Below are positions 26,352 through 33,656 of a DNA stretch of 64,000 bases, in pieces. Origin of the DNA: Entomortierella parvispora E1425 (Eukaryota; Fungi; Mortierellomycota); NCBI GenBank assembly GCA_020891255.1, contig BQFW01000014.1:1798001-1862000 (forward strand), read 5' to 3'. How positions within the stretch are numbered: the first letter of the stretch is position 1; every line of letters begins with the position of its first letter. The position numbers and the translations under genes were made by a program. Below the pieces are notes generated by a model, which saw only the letters and a program-made list of their open reading frames with translations, was not told the DNA's origin and ran no database searches.

Positions 26352-29300
26352 TTACGACCAATATCTGCTCCTTGTCGCCGAGGGGACCCAGTTGCTCGTC
26401 TGACCACTATCCCATTGCTGCTGGGCCCCGGGTACTTTCTCTTTTTCTCGGCTTAGGTTGTCATAGAAGGTAATCACCTTTTGGTGCACCATCACCTTGC
26501 TTGGATGGAAATTCAGTACTTGAAGACCCTCAAGACATGTGGCTCGCGACATTGCCACGTAGGCTTGACCTAGAATGGTAGGACATATTCACCGGTCATT
26601 TTAGTATCGCAGTCGTTCGCATCAAATAACAGCGTGCGTGATAGAGAGAGATAGAGAGGAAGGAGAAAGATTTACCTTTTTCAAAGACCTTGCCGAGGTC
26701 CACACGGACTTTTGGCAACGTCTGTCCTTGAGCCTTGTGAATACTCAGGGACCAGGCCAGGCAAAGTGGAATCTGTGTCCTCTTTGCAATCACTTCACCA
26801 CCCGGCATCTCCATCGTCCACTCCTCTCGTCCTACTACCATATGCCGTGTCCGCCCTCCCTCCATCACAAACCTGACGCGGGGAAGCAACTCGCCGTGGC
26901 TGTTCAGAGATGGCAAGGCCTGGCCGCTTGGAGTTTTCCGAAAATTGTCGGACCGTTGAGGGGTGAATTCGACCACAATACCAATGCTGCCGTTGACCAA
27001 TCCTCCTTGCCCTCCATGCAGGTTCCTGAGAAGCATCACTTGGGCCCCCACCTTGAGTTCCAGTTTTGTCGGCGCAATGCAATGCTGTTCCAACTTTTCC
27101 TTCTGTGGCCCATAATCCTCAGCCTCAAAGAAAAGACTTTCAGACGTCAATGCATTCAGTTCCGAAGCATTCGCCTCTTCAACTTGTCTGCGGAGAGGGA
27201 ATCTAGTAGCAGGTAGAATATCGTGAGCTCGTGCATCCTGAAGTAGTTTTGTTCTTATATACCCTACATGGTAGTCATCTTTTCGACTTACAGCTCCGTG
27301 GGTTTTAGTCCATCCGTTTCTGGCAAGTCTCGTGTCAAATTGAGAAACTGCTCAATTGTTGGGTGTTGCATCTGTCCGATGCGCGCCTCATTCAACATTC
27401 TTGCAAAAGCTAGAAGCATATTGTTAGGTACGGGTCAGTTGGATAATTTTGTCTTGCCTTTTTTTTTGTCTTGTGCAAGAAATTGTCTTTCAGAAGAGAT
27501 GGCTTACTCGGATCCTTTTGACGAAACACCTGCTCCAGTTGAATGTTAGTATGGATATATGACTTCCAGGACTCGGCTTCGAAACAAAACTGGATCGATC
27601 TCTTTGCAACAGGGGGAAGCTGAAAAAAATCCCCTGTTAGAACGATCTGGAGACCTCCCCAGGCTTCTTCCTCTTCGTTGGGAACTTGTCGGACTTTCCG
27701 TGCAATCGCCTCCAATTTGTCTAGAAGGACAGCGTCAATCATGGACACCTCATCGATGATAAGCACTCTTGTATGTCTCCAGCGCCTTTTAGTTTTCTTA
27801 CTCGAGAGCACCTTTTTAGTCAGCTGCTCCACCGTGTCATTGCCTAACCCAATCCCGGCAAAGGAATGAAGTGTACAGCCCCCAATATTGCACGCTGCGA
27901 TGCCGGTCGAAGCTGTCACTGCCACCTTCTCAGCTCCTATGCTATCCCAGAAATATGTGTCGGGTGGCGTCTGGCGACTGTACTTTTCTCGTAGTCGTAC
28001 AATGAGCTCACGCAGAAGAACAGATTTTCCTGTGCCCGCTGATCCAGTGAAGAAGACACTCTTGTTGTGCGTGACAACCTGGTCAAGCACGTAAAGTTGC
28101 TCCGGTGACAGCGCCAATCCATCGGCGGTTTTAGTTGGATCCGGTGGATCCATCTCAAACTTGATGAAGTCGTCCCCTTCAGTATCGATTTTGTATGAGA
28201 GCGGCAAATCCTCTCTTGAGTGCTGTAAATTGTTCTCAGATTTACATCCCGATGGCGCAACTTCCGCTACCTCCTGGACAACCTCGGACGATGACGAGGA
28301 AGAACCCCAAATCATTCCGCTTGATTTGTCGAGCAAGCTCTGACTCTGAGAAGCCGGACTTTCTAGGCTGGCCTTGCCTCCTTGCTTTGAATGTGCTAGG
28401 CTTTCCTCTAACTTTTGTTTATGAGATGGAGCGAGTCGAGGGTCAATGCTATTTCCTTGCCTTGGCAACGACGGACTCTCCCCTAGGTTCTGTTTCAGAG
28501 ATGGTCCAAGGTTGGAGCTGGCCTCCTTTCCTTGCCTTATCAGCGAAAGAATTTCTTGCAACCTTTGTCCCTGAGAAGGCACAGCTCCAAGGCTGACGTC
28601 GCTCCCTTGTCTTGGTAGTGACGGGCCCTCTCCCAACTTCTGGCTCAGGGAAGGTACGAGTCCAAGGCTAATGTCACTTCTTTGTCTTGACAGTGCCAAA
28701 CCCTCTCCCAACGTTTGACCCTGATTAGGTGCAGGTCCAACGCTAACATCGCTTCCTTGCTTTGACAGTGACGGACTTTCTGTTTGTCTCTGCCTCTCAA
28801 GAGATTCCCGTTGCCTCTGAAATTCTTCCTTTTCTCTCTTAAATTCTTCTTTTTGCCATTCAAGGTCCTTCCTGAGACTCTCAAGGTCTTCCCGCTGCCT
28901 CTCAAATTCTTCCCGGAGCAGTTGTTGGTCTCGCTGTAACTGCTGCAATTGCGAAACGGGCACCAAGAGGCCACAACAGGCTGATGAAGAGCTGGCGACT
29001 GTGCTTTCACTGGTTAGCATGTGGAGTAACCGTTGGTCTCGCTGCAACTGCTGCAGCCGCGAAGCTGACACCGAAAAGCCATCAGAGGTCGATGAAGAGC
29101 TAGCGACTGTGCTCTCATTGGATGGCCTGACCTCCGCGGTTTGCTTAGGCCCTGTTCCTGGGGTCTTGTAGTGGCGTTGAAGGGTATTATTGCGAAGTTG
29201 GGAGTCGGTTCTGTAGACCCCTTCTAATGACTGTATACCAGCCTCTCCGTCATTGCCGTCGCTATCCAGCTCGACCGGGAAGCGCTGTGAACCTTCCCCA

Positions 29301-29977
29301 AACGAGGGACGGGTTGGTTTTTCCTGATCCAATTGCTCCAGATCTGCCTTTCTCTTTCCTAGTAGCCTGGAAGTGCCTTTGATGTAAACGACGATGGTAT
29401 TAGCGTCCTTTGGACCTTGATTCGAGACTTCCACTGGGATATTTTCCAAAAATTCGCCTTCGGCTAAAGCCGTATCCTTCAGCTCCGAGTCTGATGGGTC
29501 ATTTTCATCCAGCTCAGGGTCGTCCAAGTCGCTCTCGGGAATAACGTTTCTGTCGTAAAGATCGGATGGGATATAGTCGCTTAGGTACTCATCGTCGACA
29601 ATACTTTCCAGCAAGGCATCGTCAAAGTTGTCCTGCCAGGAAGGAGTTTGGGAGAGGATCTCATCCTCTTCAAAGTCACTTAGTTGATCCAAATACCCGT
29701 CTTCTGCGGGCATGGCGTTCCACAAGGCGGTGGATGTCATGACTGGTTCTGGAAGGTCTCCTCCAAAGTCGTCATCCGAAAAGACGTCCCTGTCGAGCTG
29801 CTGGCCGTCCAAAGGGTTGTTTGAGGCACCCGCGCCATCCACCTCCCTCTGATGCCCATGCACACTCTCTGCAGAGGTCAGATTTCCGGCACCATTGCTA
29901 GAACTCTTGAGTGTCTGATGCGATTGCTGTTCTTGTTGCTGCTGTTGCCCCTGAGGTTTCGATTGCACGCTGAGCAT
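26352..29977 (-). CDS. PIF1: PIF1-family 5'-3' DNA helicase, copy 1 (4 coding exons)
   Basis: Motifs [77 protein letters not shown] and YVAMSRAT. Exons 29977-27508, 27409-27292, 27202-26676, 26569-26352 splice in frame at GT-AG sites. Confidence 0.93.
28330..28780 (-). repeat. 75-bp (25-aa) coding minisatellite, ~6 units, in the PIF1 copy 1 N-terminus
   Basis: [25 protein letters not shown] / [25 protein letters not shown] / [25 protein letters not shown] and further units. Confidence 0.85.
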
Positions 29978-30356
29978 GGTGGCAGACGACAGCTGCGGAT
30001 GTATTGGTAGTCTTGATGATTGTCACTTTGCTCCTGAATACCGAGACGACGCCTGACCCGGGGTCTCAGAGGGGTATAGGTACGCTTCGAGTTCTCGTCA
30101 CAACTGCTAGATAGAAAGGTGGACATGGTTAGGCCAAACTGCGTTGTCAGGTACCCGATTGTACTTCTAAGGAAAGAAGGGAGGAGCATGCATTCTTCTT
30201 GACATGCTTTCTCATTGTGCCCTGAGTTGACCCCTGCAAGGTCCATTCCAGGTCGAGAGGTCTTTTCGATGCACGGTCTTGGCTTTAATACCTTTGGTAC
30301 GTGGGATGTGGTTCAAGGGTGACAGTCTACAGGACGTGTTTCTATTGACCGTAGGC

Positions 30357-30470
30357 ACGCGTCCTCGGAGTGAAAAGTGGCGAGGGAGCACGGCCGCGAT
30401 GAGATGAAAAAGGAGGGGTGGATGGAAGGGCGGTAGTGATGGCCCTTCTGCAATGGTATTAATCAATTGA
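30357..30470. promoter_or_regulatory. PIF1 copy 1 upstream motifs: ACGCGT (MCB-like) and ATTAATCAATTGA
   Basis: ACGCGT at 30357-30362 and ATTAATCAATTGA at 30458-30470. The 13-mer recurs upstream of copies 2 and 3; ACGCGT recurs in copy 2 and as TCGCGT in copy 3. Confidence 0.45.
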
Positions 30471-30663
30471 GCCTTGACTGCACTGAATGACGGACAGGCA
30501 GAGAGGTATGGCCAATGGCAATGGCAATGGCGCTGGGAAAGGGTGAAGGACAAAAAGGAACGGAGGAAAGAGAGAAAAAGTTGCGCCACCAATGCTCGGG
30601 ACTCTGATTAAAACCCAGCTCCGATTTGTTATGATTTGTGCCGAGGCAATGTGGCTTTGTGCT

Positions 30664-30808
30664 GGGGTTTTTGTAGGGTTGATGTAGGGTTTTATAGGGT
30701 TAAAGTAGGGTTTTGTAGGGTTTTTTAGGGTTTCTGCTGAGAAGATATGGTTTTCTACTGGGGTTTTTGTGGGTTTTTGTGGGGTTTTTTTTGTGGGTTT
30801 TTGAGGAG
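30664..30808 (+). repeat. Degenerate telomere-like (TAGGGTT) G-tract array
   Basis: Seven GGG tracts with ~10-11-bp period at 30664-30730, then four more T-rich/GGG units. Confidence 0.75.
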
Positions 30809-31019
30809 TTCAAAAAACAGAGTGGCGCCTTCCAAGAATAATGACTGACCTCAGTTCATGGTCTTCCTCCCTCAAGGTACATGTTGCATTTCACCGTCTC
30901 CTCCCTCATGGTGCAATGCACATCAACCCCGTGACCAAGGAGCGTTCATTCCCGGACTTTTTTCAAAGTGAAATGGCACGTCTATAGCACCAACAGCGAA
31001 AAGGCATTGTTATTAATTG

Positions 31020-31615
31020 GTCAAACTGTTCAGGCACGCTGCAAAAGTCCTGGATGGTGGCCGAGGGATTATTGAACCTGTAGGTAAGGAGGACCCTGCC
31101 GAAGGACTTTGGGGGCGCCTTTCAGGAAGCACGATGTGGTGGCCTGTTCGAGGGTATGGCGAGACTCGACGGTCACGTCGTGAGGGTACAAGAAGGACAA
31201 GTCCTTGCGAGTGCGCACTTTGATATCGAACAACATATTGCACACCTGGTCGATAAAGCCGGCAGACTGCGGACGGCTTTGGCAAAGTCATCCCAGTAGG
31301 CGTCATCTGAGAAAGCATTACCTTCCCACCACAGCATGGCATCTCCGGTGAGGAACATTGGCTGCATGCAGAGTGCACTCGTTGTCGGGGATGCTTCGGT
31401 TGGGGGAAGCGGAAGGTGGGGGATGAAAAGAGGCTAGGAACAAGGGACTGGTGGGCAAGGGCCTGGTTGGTGGTCAGAGGTTGGAAAAGGGTTGTCAGGG
31501 GAAGTCATGGAGAGGCTGTGATGGGGTGTCATTGGTGTCGGAGGCGTTAGTAAGGACAGGCGGGGTCAAGGGTCAGGATCTAGGGTCAGAGGTCAGGGGA
31601 CCGAGGGTCCTTGCA
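31020..31615 (-). mobile_element. Degenerate Ty3/gypsy gag (Retrotrans_gag-like) remnant, copy A
   Basis: Frameshifted fragments MFLTGDAMLWWEG...YWDDFAKA, GFIDQVCNMLFDI and FLKGAPKVLRQ resemble capsid-region gag motifs. No pol seen. Confidence 0.7.
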
Positions 31616-31678
31616 ATAGTAAAGTGGAGACAAGAAGTGATGTTTATTCTAGTGCTCGATACTGGGATGATTCGTGGC

Positions 31679-32176
31679 CTACAGTGGTCTATCATACCCA
31701 TAGTCATATTCTTCACAATCCTCTGGCAGTTTTTTAGCTATTTCGCATCTATCGGAGCGACTATCTTCGGCACAAAGGTCGCGGACGTTGGTACACATGA
31801 TCCCGCAAGCATCCTCAGATTTCTTACACAGCTCTAGGAGGTCGCTTATAGGAGCAGCCTTGGCACACTCACGGGCTGCAGCGCGACATGATACAGGTTG
31901 GTTAGGTCCGCAAGCACGGAGATAAGCATCACAGTTTTTAGCATTGAGCTTCTGTTGTTCTGCAGCGGTGAACGGTCTGCAGCAATAGCAACCAACAGTG
32001 TGGCCAGGCACCGTGTCGTATGATTGCTCCCATCCGCTAGGGCAAGTCGCGAATGCCCCCTCGCAATGTTTGCAGCATCGGTTAGCTGAAGTGAAGCAGC
32101 CGGGGACCTGGGCCGCAACACACTGGATGACGACGAGAATCACGCAGGTGATGGTGAAAATATAGCTTGCTTTCAT
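31679..32176 (-). CDS. Small secreted cysteine-rich protein SSP-A (165 aa; 18 Cys in the mature part), family unknown to me
   Basis: 22-aa signal peptide ending CVAA/Q. TATATAAA at 32556-32549, a 5'-UTR intron 32281-32178 (GTAAGG...CAG) and AATAAA ~30 nt after the stop. All of these are conserved in the paralogue. Confidence 0.88.
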   Translation of the reverse strand: MKASYIFTITCVILVVIQCVAAQVPGCFTSANRCCKHCEGAFATCPSGWEQSYDTVPGHTVGCYCCRPFTAAEQQKLNAKNCDAYLRACGPNQPVSCRAAARECAKAAPISDLLELCKKSEDACGIMCTNVRDLCAEDSRSDRCEIAKKLPEDCEEYDYGYDRPL

Positions 32177-32644
32177 TCTGTTGATAATAAATAGCTTCTA
32201 GAATGGAGAGCAGAAAGAGTAGTTAAGGGTAGTACTATTATTCCTCAATGGTCACCATGACTACTCTAGATGCAGCCTTACTTGAAGTGACCCAAGATGT
32301 GGTTGGTTGAGAAAGAAGTTACGACGTTCTTGATAGCGTCCGTGGTGCTCTTGCCGCGGTTCTGTGAGGGAGACGTTCGTTTGACAGCTTCTGCGACGGT
32401 TCTTGTGATGATACCGGGCAATGGTCCTTCTAGTGGCTGTTGGGAGTGCTGGTAGTGTTGTTGGGAGTGCTGGTAGTGTTGTTGTGAGTAGTGCGTTGGA
32501 GTGAGATCAGATGTGTGTTCGTGCAGTATGACAAGTACGCGTGCCTTCTTTATATACTCAAGGAGAGTCAGAATGGGGATGATTTGTCATTTGGGTGTGG
32601 AGTAAGAATACAAAACAGCAAAGACATCTCTGTAACGGAAAACG

Positions 32645-32790
32645 GAGGCAGGGAAGAGTGAGAGCAGGGAAGAGTGAGGGCAGGGAAGAGTGAGGGCAGG
32701 GAAGAGTGAGGGCAGGGAATATTTAGGGCAAGGGCAGGGAAGATCTGGGGCAAGGGAAGGGAAAAGAAAGGGGAGCGAAAAGGAAGGGCA
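32645..32790 (+). repeat. G-rich 16-bp minisatellite (GGGCAGGGAAGAGTGA)n and variants; G-quadruplex motif
   Basis: About 4 near-perfect units followed by GGGcaaGGGcaGGGaagatctGGGGcaaGGGaaGGG. Confidence 0.85.
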
Positions 32791-33656
32791 GGGAAACATA
32801 AAGGGTAAGGAAAAGAAAAAAAAGAAAGGGCGGCAACGTAGTGGCGGCGGGGAAAGCAGGGGCAGGAAAAGTGGAGACAATACGAAATTGAGGGTGTCTC
32901 AAAGGGGGGAGTTGGAGAACAGGGTTGGTTAAACAGGACAACAATAATAAGCAGGTGCAGCAAGCACCGGGGTAACCATAAGGACAAGGAGATAGGAAAA
33001 GGAAAGAGATGGAAATAGTCATCAGTTACAATAAACATCCACACTTTTGAACACGCGCATTCACAGAAGGGAGAAAAAGGTCTTTACGTGTATGCCATCA
33101 CATGGGTTCATTCCTAGTCATGTCATTGGAGAGGAGCTGAACAATATGGTGCTCAACTGGCTAACCGACTTGCTGTTGATATGCTGGTCGGAATGCAGAG
33201 GTTTTGTCGGAAAGGGCAATGGTAGCCAGTGCGAAATCATCGAACAAAAAAGATACAAGTTGTAAGTCATTTTGGTGGCGCTCATTCCACACCGCGTGGC
33301 GTGCGCACGGTGCACACGCGACTGGACTGTGTCCTGCGGATGCATACGTCCGTCCATGGAAAGAGCATCCTCATGCCATGATTCACTACGACATCACGAG
33401 CAGCTGTATACCAATTCGTACCCCAAACCTACTCGCCATTCCAGAGCTGCTGCAGGTAAAGTCGATTTTTCATTCGGAAATGTCTATTATAAGGGAAAAA
33501 AAGACAGACAAAACTGACTCGTAGACTAAAAGACGATAAGAAGATGAATGAAAAATGAATGATGTATTGTACGATGATTATGAAATGATTGAAAAGAGAA
33601 GGGGGAATACACAGGGACGGTAAGGTTTGCGCCCTGTCAGGATTGTCAGATTATGA

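Noticed and set aside
29878-30246. 122-aa ORF MDLAGVNSG... present in both units (also 37091-37459)
   Set aside because: Explained by the decayed ancestral PIF1 exon 1, intron and exon 2 frame plus the conversion tract; not evidence of a separate gene.
32568-33044. Pro/Leu/Phe-rich ORFs upstream of the SSP genes (also 39365-39816)
   Set aside because: They are translations of the purine-rich minisatellite region, and the frames are not conserved between the two units.
33611-33637. Hairpin ACAGGGACG...CGCCCTGT ~20 nt past the stops of PIF1 copies 2 and 3 (also 40192-40218) as a Helitron 3' hairpin
   Set aside because: It is not followed by CTRR on either strand, and the flanks are equally conserved between copies, so the stem conservation is uninformative.
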